DNA of 45,336 nucleotides, taken from positions 1-45,336 of the IMG/VR virus record IMGVR_UViG_3300046659_000007; one strand, written 5' to 3'. Below are positions 32,921 to 41,729 of the stretch, piece by piece. The stretch comes from a virus. A model generated the notes under the pieces. The model was not told the origin of the DNA. It ran no database searches and was given only the letters and a program-made list of their open reading frames with translations. The position numbers and the translations under genes are program-made. Positions within the stretch are counted from its first letter, which is position 1. Every line of letters starts with the position of its first letter.

Positions 32921-33339
32921 GCGCAGGCAAGTGCAAGGCCTGCGGCTGCACCATCGAGCGAATGAACGCGAGCAGCATCGACAGGCAGCTCGCCTCGATG
33001 CTTGAGCAGATGCCAGAGATCGTCGATCGGCCTGGCGAGAGTTTCGACAGTTGGCAGCGGCGACAGTCCGACAACGATCGCAAGGTCGCAATCACTGCAC
33101 GTGTGCGCATCGGCATCCTGCGCGATGAGATCGCAGGCTACTGCCTCGACTGCGCGCCGACGAATCGCCAGATCGAACGCGAGCGCGCGCAGCGCAAGGA
33201 GCAGGGTGCGCGCCTCGCCATCGAGGCCGCCGACCGAGGCGAGGATCGCGACCTCGAGGCGCAGCTGCAGTCGCGACTGCGAGACACGAGGCGCGACCTC
33301 GAGGCGATGCGCGACAGGCTCAAGCCGAAGCCTGCCTAG
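32917..33339 (+). CDS. Zn-ribbon plus coiled-coil hypothetical protein
   Basis: CKACGC ... CLDC, then a charged helical tail. It forms an ATGA overlap with the upstream gene. Confidence 0.45.
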   Translation: MSAGKCKACGCTIERMNASSIDRQLASMLEQMPEIVDRPGESFDSWQRRQSDNDRKVAITARVRIGILRDEIAGYCLDCAPTNRQIERERAQRKEQGARLAIEAADRGEDRDLEAQLQSRLRDTRRDLEAMRDRLKPKPA

Positions 33340-33520
33340 CCTCGAGCACGATCACATATTCGAGCCGCCGCCGACTGCCAACCTCGCTGCGCCAGCGGCG
33401 CTCGATGCGAGCGACCATGCCGAGCCTGTCGCGCCAGAGCGCGCGCTCTGCGTCGTACCGATAGCCCTCGGCGCGCAGCGTCTCGGCGGCAATCGAGAAG
33501 TAGGGATAGGCGCTCTGCAT
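33320..33520 (-). CDS. Hypothetical small protein
   Basis: Start chosen at ATG 33520 (MQSAYPYFSI). Two CGCTATA boxes lie upstream at 33561-33584. It overlaps the convergent 32917..33339 gene by 20 nt. Confidence 0.35.
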   Translation of the reverse strand: MQSAYPYFSIAAETLRAEGYRYDAERALWRDRLGMVARIERRWRSEVGSRRRLEYVIVLEARQASA

Positions 33521-33560
33521 CGGCGCATGGTCGCGCAGCGCGCGCGATCGAGGCAAGCGC

Positions 33561-33584
33561 GTATATAGCGAAAGCACTATAGCG
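33561..33584 (-). promoter_or_regulatory. Two CGCTATA boxes (CGCTATAGT and CGCTATATAC on the minus strand)
   Basis: Plus-strand gtatatagcg (33561-33570) and actatagcg (33576-33584) are identical to the boxes at 9451-9460 and 9556-9564. Confidence 0.4.
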
Positions 33585-33624
33585 ATGTGGTCACAGTCGG
33601 CACACCTGCACACCTGGCCAGCGC

Positions 33625-34017
33625 TCAAGGCGCGAGCAGCATGAGGTCGCCTCGCGCGACCAGCAGGCGATCGACCGCATCCGAAACCCACAGTGCCCAG
33701 CCCCACACAGGCTCATGCAGCTGCTGCGTCTGCTCGTAGGTTAGCGCGAGCTGGATCGTCGATGGCGCTGTGAGCGTCGCAGTCCACGCGGCGACTGGCG
33801 GCGGCGTGCTCGAGCGCGCAATGATCGGCGCCTCGATGGTCAGACCTGTGAAGTCGACTGGCGAGCCGTCTGGATACTGCGCGACTAGCGAGAACGCCAG
33901 GCTACCGCCCGCTGCAGCGCGCACCTCAACGACAGCAGGCATCAGATCTAGCTTCGCTAGCGACTGGTTTAGGATGTTGGTTGAGCTCGAGCAGGACATC
34001 GCACTCCCTTTTCTCAC
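33625..34017 (-). CDS. Hypothetical beta-rich protein, last gene of the fibre cluster
   Basis: 130-aa ORF with a GTGA overlap with the upstream gene (or ATG at 33999). Confidence 0.45.
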   Translation of the reverse strand: MRKGSAMSCSSSTNILNQSLAKLDLMPAVVEVRAAAGGSLAFSLVAQYPDGSPVDFTGLTIEAPIIARSSTPPPVAAWTATLTAPSTIQLALTYEQTQQLHEPVWGWALWVSDAVDRLLVARGDLMLLAP

Positions 34018-35072
34018 GCAGGCAAGGCATCGCTGCTCTGGTAGATACGGTGCTCGGTCGCCGCAGCGACCAGCAGGTAGTGCACATCGGCACTGCGCAC
34101 GAGCGAGCGCAGCAGACTGTCGCCAATGACGCGTGGATAGTGAGTGGTTGCGCGCTGCGGATCGTATGCCCTGTTGTCAGCTGGCGGCACCGCAGCCGCT
34201 GACAGCAGACCGCTGGTCATGCGTGGGCTGCCCTCGCCTGAAAACAGATACAGCGGTCCGTTGTACCTCGTCCCTGCGCCTCGCATCACAACGGCAGTGG
34301 TGAACGTAAGCGCAGTGGCGAGCGAGCGCGTTACTGTCATCGCCGAGCCAGTCACGAGCGTGCAGCGCAGCGTGCCAGTCGGCAGCCGCAGCACGACATA
34401 CACACTTGAATCGGCGGCGCTGTAGAACGAGTCCATCAGCGTGCATGTGCCCTCGGGATGCGTCTCGAGCAGTGTCCATGTCTGGTCGAACGGATTGAAC
34501 CGATAGACTGTCGTTTCGTTCGCGCAGATAAACCTCTGCGCAGCTGGCGAATAGACCACGCTCTTGAATATGCCTGGCGCGGTAGCGTAGTAAATGGTCG
34601 GCACGCCCGCTGCTAGGTAGCGCATCCTGTAGAGGCCATCGGAACCGCCAGTATCTAGGCCGCCCACGATCAGCGTTACAGCGAGGTCAGTCGCTGAGTC
34701 GATCGCGTAGTACACGAAGCCCAGCGCGAGCGTCGTGAGATTGGTCCATGTTGTGCCATCCGGAGAGCTAAACAGCGCATCGGTTTGGCCGACTGCTAGG
34801 TATGAGGTGAACGCCTGGCTGTAGTTCACAGCGTAAAAGTTATAGGCGCCGAAACCTGGCGCTGTGACAGTCGCGCCGATCTGCGTCTCGAGGTCGAGGC
34901 GCCGAATCTGCCCAGCGTTGCCGACGCACACGAGGCTGCGTGGATTAGATGCAGTCGGCGGTATCGCTGCCGCCATCGCCGATAGCGTCACACCCGTGAT
35001 CGTGTCGATGCGCCTGGTCTGCCCTATTCCTTGCGACTCGAGATAGCGCGAAAATGCCCTGGGTCCGATCAT
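34014..35072 (-). CDS. Asp-box-like beta-propeller protein, fibre-cluster paralog 3 (lacks the N-terminal anchor module)
   Basis: FSSPDGTTWTNL, YLAVGQTD and a C-terminal YLLVAAATEHRIYQSSD shared with paralogs 1 and 2. It forms an ATGA overlap at 35069-35072. Confidence 0.55.
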   Translation of the reverse strand: MIGPRAFSRYLESQGIGQTRRIDTITGVTLSAMAAAIPPTASNPRSLVCVGNAGQIRRLDLETQIGATVTAPGFGAYNFYAVNYSQAFTSYLAVGQTDALFSSPDGTTWTNLTTLALGFVYYAIDSATDLAVTLIVGGLDTGGSDGLYRMRYLAAGVPTIYYATAPGIFKSVVYSPAAQRFICANETTVYRFNPFDQTWTLLETHPEGTCTLMDSFYSAADSSVYVVLRLPTGTLRCTLVTGSAMTVTRSLATALTFTTAVVMRGAGTRYNGPLYLFSGEGSPRMTSGLLSAAAVPPADNRAYDPQRATTHYPRVIGDSLLRSLVRSADVHYLLVAAATEHRIYQSSDALPA

Positions 35073-36292
35073 GGCTGTCCTAACCCTCGCAGTGACTCGA
35101 GTGGTCCGAAGCAAAATATCGTCGCCGCTGTAGCCGAGGTGTTAGCAGCGACCATGATCATGTTCTGCACGATCTTGATGCGCACAGCGGCGCCGCCGAG
35201 CACGTTCGGAATGCTGCGCGCTATCGCCGCAGGCTCTGGCGCAACAGTGAGATCCTGCAGGAACATCGCGAGCGTCCCATAGGTCGTTGCACTCACTGCG
35301 AACAGCACGAGGATCTGCCTGTTGAGCGGCACGAGCGTGTAGAGGTTTGTGTCCGCGCAGGTTCCGCCAGACGCTACGCTTGCGAACGAGCCGCTCGCTC
35401 CTGTCGCGCTCGAGAACATGTAGAGCTTGCTGTCGGCAGTGCTGCGCGAGAGCACGATGATGCCGAACGCTGCCGACCAGCACATGTCGAATACCGCACC
35501 GCCGCCGAGCGTAGCGAGCGCAGCGCCCTGCCAATCCGGAGCGGATGCTGGCGTGCTGTAGATACCATCAGCCGTTGCAGCGAAGAATCGATTCAGCGTG
35601 CCGCCAACATAGATAACCTTGAGGATCGGCGGAATGGTGCTCGTGACAAAAGTCCAAGTGACGCCATCGGTCGATGTGTAGCAGATGCTCGCGCCAGCCG
35701 ACACGCCGACTGCAATATATCGCAGATTACCATACGCCACACTCGTGAATGAGGCTCCAGATACGCCCACGCTGAGCCGCTGAGTCCAGCCTGTACCTGT
35801 GCCAGATGTTTGGATGATCGCGTTCGTGCCATTCGTGCCGACTGCGACATAGAGGCTGTTGCCACAAATCACGTCGTTGAATGCGCCTGTGAAGCCACTG
35901 GCTGGCGCTGGGTTCGTGACCTCTGTGCGCACCGCATCGTACCTCACGATCGTGCCAGACATGCCAACACCGACCACACTGGCAAGGGCGCCAGGGCCTG
36001 CGAGCACTGCGGCACAACCTTTGATCTGCATCGGCAGCGGTGACTGCGCGTAGTTTCGCGCAGGCACGAGCGCCTGCATCTCGAGCATGCGCTCGAGGTC
36101 GTTGGCCTCTGGCGTCGCTATGTTCTGGATCCAATCATCGAGGTAGTCGATCCAGTCGGACGGGTTGCCGAAAATCCAGTTTAGCCATTCGGCTGGCGGC
36201 GTGTCCTGCGGCATAAACCCAGCGTGCCGCTGCGGCAGCGCTGGCTCGCGCTGGACACCTTCCCAACTTGGTCGCGTTGTTGGCCTTGGCAT
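35069..36292 (-). CDS. Tail fibre / receptor-binding candidate, Asp-box-like beta-propeller paralog 2
   Basis: N-terminal module MPRPTTRPSWEGVQREPALPQRHAGF...PPAEWLNWIFGNPSDWIDYLDDWIQ. Blade-like repeats YVAVGTNGTNAIIQTSGTGTGW and YIAVGVSAGASICYTSTDGVTWTF. Confidence 0.6.
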   Translation of the reverse strand: MPRPTTRPSWEGVQREPALPQRHAGFMPQDTPPAEWLNWIFGNPSDWIDYLDDWIQNIATPEANDLERMLEMQALVPARNYAQSPLPMQIKGCAAVLAGPGALASVVGVGMSGTIVRYDAVRTEVTNPAPASGFTGAFNDVICGNSLYVAVGTNGTNAIIQTSGTGTGWTQRLSVGVSGASFTSVAYGNLRYIAVGVSAGASICYTSTDGVTWTFVTSTIPPILKVIYVGGTLNRFFAATADGIYSTPASAPDWQGAALATLGGGAVFDMCWSAAFGIIVLSRSTADSKLYMFSSATGASGSFASVASGGTCADTNLYTLVPLNRQILVLFAVSATTYGTLAMFLQDLTVAPEPAAIARSIPNVLGGAAVRIKIVQNMIMVAANTSATAATIFCFGPLESLRGLGQP

Positions 36293-36295
36293 CGT

Positions 36296-37513
36296 TCACC
36301 CTCGCGAGTATGGACGCAGCGTCTCGAGCGGCGTGCTCGCATATATGGCTGCGTCTGTGCCGCTGACGTTGCCGACTACGTACAGCGCGTTATGCAGCAC
36401 CTTGGCGCGCCTCGGCTTCGCGCCGAGCACGTTGAGCACGTGATCGGCGCTGCCTCGATCTGGACCAGACGTCGCATGCGACTGCGGCACCGCAAAGCAA
36501 GCGAACGCGCTTCCACTGGACACAAAAGTCACCAGGCTATTCGGCAGCGCGGCCATGCATGCACTGATTGGCGTAGCTGCGAGCGAGTTGCTGCCTATGG
36601 TCTGCCAGTTGCCAGCGGCGCCTGTCGGACTGAACACGTGCTGCAGCGTGTTAGTAGACCAGATGCCGAGCATGTAGACGCCAAACTCTGGCGACCACGC
36701 GACATCGAGCACCGCTGTAAATCCTGTGTATGTATAGACCTGCGTAAACGCAGTCGTGTACGGATTCGGCGAAGCGTACACCGCGCCATTCGTGAACACG
36801 AAGAACGACTGAATGCTGCCGCCAGCCCACACGATGCGCCGAGGCACATCGCTCGCCACTGGCAGCGCGCGCGTCACAGGCGTTAGCGCACCATCGCCAG
36901 CGATGATCACGCTGTTAGCGTTCGTCGCGTCTGTGCCGACCGCTGCGAACATGTTGCGCTCTGGACTGTAGGCAATCGAGGCGAGCACAGACGTGCCGCC
37001 GATGTCGGCATGAGCAGACCACACGACACCATCACTGCTCGTGCGCAGCTTGCCTGTCGCGCCGCAAGCCATATATCGCGAGTTGCCGAATGCTACATCG
37101 TTGCAGTCGACCGCCAGGCCCCACGTGCTCGCCGCTGCGGCATGCGTGACAGGGTCATAGCGAATCGTTTTGCCAGCCACACCTACGCCGAGCACCTGCT
37201 GCAGCACGCCAGCGGCACTGACCGCCGCCGAAAGGCTGTTGACCTGCATCGCGGTCGCATCGACGATCGTGCGCTGCGGGTAAGGCACGCTCGCAACAAC
37301 AGCGGCCTTCGCGGTCGCGAGGTCGGCCGGATACGTCTGGTTCACATAGTCATCGAAGTAGCTGCACCACTCGCCGATGTTGCCGAGCAGCCAGTTTACC
37401 GCCTCGGATGGTGGGTTCTGCGATATCGAGAAACCTGCAGCCTTCTGCGGCGCAGTCGGCTCGATGCGCGCGCCTACCGTTGCCCATTCAAGCTTCGATG
37501 TTGGCCTCGGCAT
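36296..37513 (-). CDS. Tail fibre / receptor-binding candidate, Asp-box-like beta-propeller paralog 1
   Basis: N-terminal module MPRPTSKLEWATVGARIEPTAPQKAAGF...PPSEAVNWLLGNIGEWCSYFDDYVNQ. Repeats YMACGATGKLRTSSDGVVWS and FAAVGTDATN. GGAGG lies upstream of the ATG. Confidence 0.6.
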   Translation of the reverse strand: MPRPTSKLEWATVGARIEPTAPQKAAGFSISQNPPSEAVNWLLGNIGEWCSYFDDYVNQTYPADLATAKAAVVASVPYPQRTIVDATAMQVNSLSAAVSAAGVLQQVLGVGVAGKTIRYDPVTHAAAASTWGLAVDCNDVAFGNSRYMACGATGKLRTSSDGVVWSAHADIGGTSVLASIAYSPERNMFAAVGTDATNANSVIIAGDGALTPVTRALPVASDVPRRIVWAGGSIQSFFVFTNGAVYASPNPYTTAFTQVYTYTGFTAVLDVAWSPEFGVYMLGIWSTNTLQHVFSPTGAAGNWQTIGSNSLAATPISACMAALPNSLVTFVSSGSAFACFAVPQSHATSGPDRGSADHVLNVLGAKPRRAKVLHNALYVVGNVSGTDAAIYASTPLETLRPYSRG

Positions 37514-37515
37514 GC

Positions 37516-37725
37516 TCAGCCTCCACGGTTCGCGGTTACGAACTCATCGAACCAATCGATCCAAGCATCTGTGCTGTAGAGCAGCCAGTTGACGGCGGCT
37601 GCGCTCGCTCTGCCGCCAGCCGCGAAGCCTGCGGCCTTCTGCGGCGCCGTCGGCTCGACGCGCGGGTTCGAGGTGCCTGGCGAGGTTGCCCAGTCTGGTT
37701 TCGCTGGCGGTCGAGGCGCTGCCAT
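37516..37725 (-). CDS. Stand-alone copy of the fibre N-terminal module (69 aa); possible remnant or adaptor
   Basis: RPPAKPDWATSPGTSNPRVEPTAPQKAAGFAAGGRASAAAVNWLLYSTDAWIDWFDEFV aligns by eye with the N-termini of 36296..37513 and 35069..36292. Confidence 0.45.
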   Translation of the reverse strand: MAAPRPPAKPDWATSPGTSNPRVEPTAPQKAAGFAAGGRASAAAVNWLLYSTDAWIDWFDEFVTANRGG

Positions 37726-37741
37726 GGCGCAGCCTACAGTT

Positions 37742-37773
37742 GACCGGTTGACCAGTCCACTAGGCTACCGCGG
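37742..37773. repeat. 8-bp-periodic array
   Basis: GACCGGTT GACCAGTC CACTAGGC TACCGCGG, between the collagen-like fibre gene and the 69-aa ORF. Confidence 0.55.
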
Positions 37774-37794
37774 CTGGCTGGCTGCGTAGGGGCT

Positions 37795-39381
37795 TCAAGG
37801 TGACATCAGCCATTTGCTGTTGCTCTGCACCCGCAGAAAATCAAAAGCGAACAGGGCGGACGTCCCTGCTACGTCGTTGCGGCAGTAGAACCCGACCCAA
37901 GCTAGAGGTGTTACGAACGTGCGCGGAGTTGGCCACTCGTAAGAGTCGCCTGTTTGGCTGTTGTAGAGCCAGCTCCGGCGGGCCGTACCTTCGAATCGGT
38001 CGGCGTACGAGTCCCAAAAGCCAGAATATGGGATGCCTTCCTCGACGTTGCTTGTGTTGTCTATCCGATTGAATCGCGAGTACACACCAAGGCCGTTGGT
38101 GTTGGTTTGACATCCAACGCGAGCCAGCTTCAGCACGTCTGGAATGCCGGCTGCGTCAGCAGCGGCAAATATTGTGCACAGCGGCGTGTAGAACGTGTTG
38201 GTGGGTCGGACTTGCGTTCGAAAGCGACCAGTCACCAGACAGTCGGTTGGGTTGACGTTGCGCGCGATGAATATGTCTGTTGCAAGCGGCAGCTCGAACC
38301 ACAGCCAACTGCCCATGAGAGTCGATCTGTATTGCGTAGGGCCTAAGACACTCCGGCCGTATGGGTCGATATCACCGACGCGTGTAAACTCAGCGCCGCC
38401 ATATATGTTGATGATTTTGTAGAGTGCGCTCGTGTCTGAGGTGAACTCATCGGCGAAGATTGCGCCAGCGGGACTCCGCAGCCACGGGTTACCAGGGTCG
38501 CCAGCTGGGCCGGTCGCACCAGTTGACCCTTGCACACCAGGCACACCCTGCGGCCCTTGGGCACCTGGTGCGCCAGCTGGGCCGGTCGCACCTGGTGCGC
38601 CAGCTGGGCCGGTCGCACCTGGTGCGCCAGCTGGGCCGGTCGCACCGGTCGCGCCAGCTGGGCCGGTCGCACCGGTCGCGCCAGCTGGGCCGGTCGCACC
38701 GGCCGCACCGGTCGCGCCAGTGGGGCCAGGATCGCCTTGTGGACCGGCCGGCCCTTGTGGGCCTGTGCGGCCGCTGACAAGGCCCCAAATCGAGGCGCCG
38801 TCCTCATGATAAAATACCCACTCCGAATAGGTGCCAGCGGGCAATGCAGCGCTCGAGCCGCGCAATCCGTCGAGACCTTGGATCTCCGATGTTCCTAACA
38901 CCTGCACTCTGACTGGCACCGTCACATCGCGGCCGACATACAGGGCAAAATGCGAATCAACCGGTGGTGCATCGATCGATGAGATGATGAACACAACAGC
39001 TTCAGTCGTGCCGACTGGCGGCTGCTGGATAAAGCCCCATGTGCCTGGCGCGATCGTGGCTGTGCCAGCGCTACCAGTCCAAAACTTGATCGATGGATCG
39101 TACCGCAGGCCAGGCACTCGCCAGATCGCATGCTTTCCATCGATCCCAGTCAGCACCTGCCCTTCGACCGGTGGTGCTGCGCTCGCCACATCGACAGGAT
39201 CACCCGTCGTTTGCAGCGCACTGGCGCTGCTGGCATCCGAGCCAGGCGGTCCCTGCGGTCCCTGCGGTCCCTCGGGACCCTCGGGGCCTGCAGGCCCCTG
39301 CGGTCCTGCAGGCCCTCGCGCACCCGATATCGTGACTGGTATCGATGGCGTGTCCGAACCGACGATGACCTTGACAGACAT
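37795..39381 (-). CDS. Collagen-like tail fibre with two G-X-Y tracts and a lower-GC C-terminal domain
   Basis: [28 protein letters not shown] near the N-terminus, then a roughly 95-residue G-X-Y tract mid-protein. It follows the baseplate genes. Confidence 0.75.
   Translation of the reverse strand: MSVKVIVGSDTPSIPVTISGARGPAGPQGPAGPEGPEGPQGPQGPPGSDASSASALQTTGDPVDVASAAPPVEGQVLTGIDGKHAIWRVPGLRYDPSIKFWTGSAGTATIAPGTWGFIQQPPVGTTEAVVFIISSIDAPPVDSHFALYVGRDVTVPVRVQVLGTSEIQGLDGLRGSSAALPAGTYSEWVFYHEDGASIWGLVSGRTGPQGPAGPQGDPGPTGATGAAGATGPAGATGATGPAGATGATGPAGAPGATGPAGAPGATGPAGAPGAQGPQGVPGVQGSTGATGPAGDPGNPWLRSPAGAIFADEFTSDTSALYKIINIYGGAEFTRVGDIDPYGRSVLGPTQYRSTLMGSWLWFELPLATDIFIARNVNPTDCLVTGRFRTQVRPTNTFYTPLCTIFAAADAAGIPDVLKLARVGCQTNTNGLGVYSRFNRIDNTSNVEEGIPYSGFWDSYADRFEGTARRSWLYNSQTGDSYEWPTPRTFVTPLAWVGFYCRNDVAGTSALFAFDFLRVQSNSKWLMSP
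38562..38696. repeat. Five tandem 27-bp repeats (3 identical plus 2 identical variants) inside the collagen-like tract
   Basis: cacctggtgcgccagctgggccggtcg at 38562, 38589 and 38616. caccggtcgcgccagctgggccggtcg at 38643 and 38670. Each unit encodes 9 aa of G-X-Y. Confidence 0.9.
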
Positions 39382-39399
39382 GCGGCCAGGTTATCCGCT

Positions 39400-39431
39400 G
39401 ACTGCTCGACCAGTCTACTGCTCGACTGGTT
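39400..39431. repeat. 8-bp-periodic array
   Basis: GACTGCTC GACCAGTC TACTGCTC GACTGGTT, between the gpI-like gene and the fibre gene. Confidence 0.65.
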
Positions 39432-39436
39432 GCTCG

Positions 39437-40036
39437 TTACACGATCGAGGTCAACCGCCCGCCAGTCGTGAGCGCAGTGTCGGCTAGCCCTGTGTTCGGG
39501 TCGGCGTGCGCGTAGTCGCTCGAGGTGCCGAGCGTGAATAGCGATGTCGTTGGCAGACCCGCGAACGTGAGGTCAACCGCGATGCCCTGCGCCTTGGCGA
39601 GCAGCATGAGCTCGCCGACCTGCGACGCCAGCTCGGCACTCACTGTGCCTGCGAGCCGCACGTGTATGCGCGCTGGCTTTATCTCCGACAGCACGATCGC
39701 GATGCTCTCATCGCAGACCATGCGCAGGATCGCGAGCAGCTCCTCTGGCTTGCCGTTGCTGCGCGATACCAGCGAGCGCGCCAGAATCCAGACGCGGTAG
39801 ACCTCATCGCTGCGGCCTTGCCTCGGCTGGCCGACTATCTCGCCAAGCTGGTCGAGGGCATCGCCAGTCGCGTGCTCAACCATCGTGCCGAAGTAGAGCG
39901 ACCAGACGGCATCCTCGAGCTCCTGCACCTGCACGAGGTAGCTTGCGAGCAGCGCCTGCTGCAGCGACTGCCGCAGGTCATAGATAGGTAGCGCCTGCCC
40001 CTCGGCCACGTGCGCGGTGTTCTGCTCGAGCGTCAT
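39437..40036 (-). CDS. Baseplate protein, Mu gp48 / P2 gpI-like (DUF2313-like)
   Basis: 199 aa directly after the Baseplate-J-like gene with a 4-nt overlap. The N-terminal region is typical of this family by recollection. Confidence 0.55.
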   Translation of the reverse strand: MTLEQNTAHVAEGQALPIYDLRQSLQQALLASYLVQVQELEDAVWSLYFGTMVEHATGDALDQLGEIVGQPRQGRSDEVYRVWILARSLVSRSNGKPEELLAILRMVCDESIAIVLSEIKPARIHVRLAGTVSAELASQVGELMLLAKAQGIAVDLTFAGLPTTSLFTLGTSSDYAHADPNTGLADTALTTGGRLTSIV

Positions 40037-41217
40037 GGCCCCGACCAGGTCGCGCCTGCGAATGTTGCGTATTCACGAGGGCCGATTGCGACTGTAAAGC
40101 TCGGCTGCGTGGGCAACGCGTCTGGCGGCACAGTCGGCGCGCGCGCTATATCCATCGTGAAGTTCACGACACCTTGCACAGCCTGCCCTATCGCGAGCAG
40201 CCGCACGAGGTACACAGGCAGGCCGATATCGAAGTAGGCATGGTTGCTCGGATCGTTGGTCGCGAGCACGAGCGCTGCGCGTACAGACAGCGCGACATAG
40301 GTGGACGGCGAGGCCGTCGTTACCTCGTAGGTTGCGTTGATGATGATCGCTGTCGGTCGAGTGAAGTGCACTGCATGCGTCTCGCCCTCGGAGTCGACTA
40401 CGTTTACAGAGGTCGTGCCGAATGTCTCGATGCCTGCAGGTTTGTCGAGCCAGATCTGCTCGGCGATGGCCTGGTCATCGCCGCCTCGCACAACGACCTC
40501 GAAACTGTGCGGCGGCAGGCCGTTCACATCAGTGACGTCGGTTCGATTCTCAAGGCAGCGGCAGCTCACGACACCTGGCAGCTTGAGCACGTCTGCGCGC
40601 ACGCCGTCGACAGTCGAGCCGCCCTGCGCTGCGAGCTCCTCTTGACGCCGCAGGCGATACGCCTCATCGCTCTCGACATCGTTGCCGAGGTCGGCTGCGT
40701 CTGGATTCGTGACTGCAGTCCAGCCAGGCACTGGCGAGTCGATGTGCGTGAGCGTGCCTGGCGGCGCAGCGATCGGCCCTGTCTCGGTCGCGACAGCCTG
40801 CACCATGTAGCTGCCAGCGCCGATCGAGGTCACTGCGACCGAGGTTGCGAACTGCACTGTCGGCCTGGCTGGGTCGCTTACTCGCGAGCCTGCAGGCACA
40901 GTCACAGCGGCGCCGAGCGTAAGCGCGAGCTCAGCCACGCTCGCCGCTGCAGGCAGGCGAGTCGAGCCAGTGAGCGCGCCGATTGCATCGAGCGCTGTGC
41001 CCTCGGCAGAGTTCGGATCGTGCGAGTCGTATATCTCTTGCGCGAGCTCCCACACCTGCGCGAGCTGCATCGCGAATGCCATGTTGAGATTCGCGAGCAC
41101 GCCAGTGCTCGAGCTATTCAGCGAGCCGTCGATGGTCGAGCGCTGATAGTCCTGCAGCTCGGCGATGATCTGCTGCACTGTCTTTGCCTGAAACCCGATC
41201 GGCGTGAGGCCGCTCAT
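40033..41217 (-). CDS. Baseplate J-like wedge protein (Mu gp47 / P2 gpJ-like)
   Basis: 394 aa. Its position between the gpW-like and gpI-like genes, and its overall pattern, are consistent with the Baseplate_J family. Confidence 0.7.
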   Translation of the reverse strand: MSGLTPIGFQAKTVQQIIAELQDYQRSTIDGSLNSSSTGVLANLNMAFAMQLAQVWELAQEIYDSHDPNSAEGTALDAIGALTGSTRLPAAASVAELALTLGAAVTVPAGSRVSDPARPTVQFATSVAVTSIGAGSYMVQAVATETGPIAAPPGTLTHIDSPVPGWTAVTNPDAADLGNDVESDEAYRLRRQEELAAQGGSTVDGVRADVLKLPGVVSCRCLENRTDVTDVNGLPPHSFEVVVRGGDDQAIAEQIWLDKPAGIETFGTTSVNVVDSEGETHAVHFTRPTAIIINATYEVTTASPSTYVALSVRAALVLATNDPSNHAYFDIGLPVYLVRLLAIGQAVQGVVNFTMDIARAPTVPPDALPTQPSFTVAIGPREYATFAGATWSGP

Positions 41218-41606
41218 ACTTGCTCCTCACCTGCCTCGATGAACAGGATGTCTTTGAACACTAGCGGCACGCTCTCGCCAGTCTCGGCGATGACTGCAGC
41301 ATCGACAGTGAGCTGCCTCGTGCGGCGATCGAATGTGAACTCGAGCCGCTCGATGCTCTTCACGCCAGCAGTCTCCTGCGTGACCCGTGTGTAGATATGC
41401 CGCAGCAACGCGTCTGGCGGTTTCGGACCAAAGATAAGGCCCTGGTAGTCGATGCCGATGCGCCGATCGAGCGGCCATTCGCCGCGAAACAATGCAACAC
41501 GCAGGTTCCAATCCTGCGCGATGGCGGCAGGGCCTGCGACGATCACGAGGTCGCCGTCCTCGATGACCAGGTCGCGAGTCACTGGGTCGAGCGCTAGGTC
41601 TGCCAT
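41214..41606 (-). CDS. Baseplate wedge protein, gpW/gp25-like (Mu gp46-like)
   Basis: 130 aa. LALDPVTRDLVIEDGDLVIVAGPAAIAQDWNLRVALFRGEWPLDRRIGIDY resembles this family. Confidence 0.6.
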   Translation of the reverse strand: MADLALDPVTRDLVIEDGDLVIVAGPAAIAQDWNLRVALFRGEWPLDRRIGIDYQGLIFGPKPPDALLRHIYTRVTQETAGVKSIERLEFTFDRRTRQLTVDAAVIAETGESVPLVFKDILFIEAGEEQV

Positions 41607-41660
41607 GTGCTCGCGCTATCGGCATCGCCGCCGACAGGCAAGAAGCGCGAGCGCCTGCTC

Positions 41661-41684
41661 GACCAGCCGACCAGTCGACTGGCT
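41661..41684. repeat. 8-bp-periodic array containing the palindrome CCAGTCGACTGG
   Basis: GACCAGCC GACCAGTC GACTGGCT, plus TGGTCTAC at 41712-41719. It lies between the spike and gpW-like genes. Confidence 0.65.
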
Positions 41685-41729
41685 GCTCGAGCGGCTAGGC
41701 GCGCAGGCTTCTGGTCTACTGCCATGCTG

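Noticed and set aside
38562-38696. Regularly spaced 27-bp repeats as a possible CRISPR array
   Set aside because: The units are directly tandem with no spacers, are in frame inside the fibre gene, and encode collagen-like G-X-Y triplets.
34014-39381. A diversity-generating retroelement or invertible (Gin/Cin-type) host-range switch acting on the fibre cluster
   Set aside because: No reverse transcriptase or serine invertase gene exists in the genome. The paralogs are all in the same orientation, and no template/variable repeat pair with adenine-specific differences was seen.
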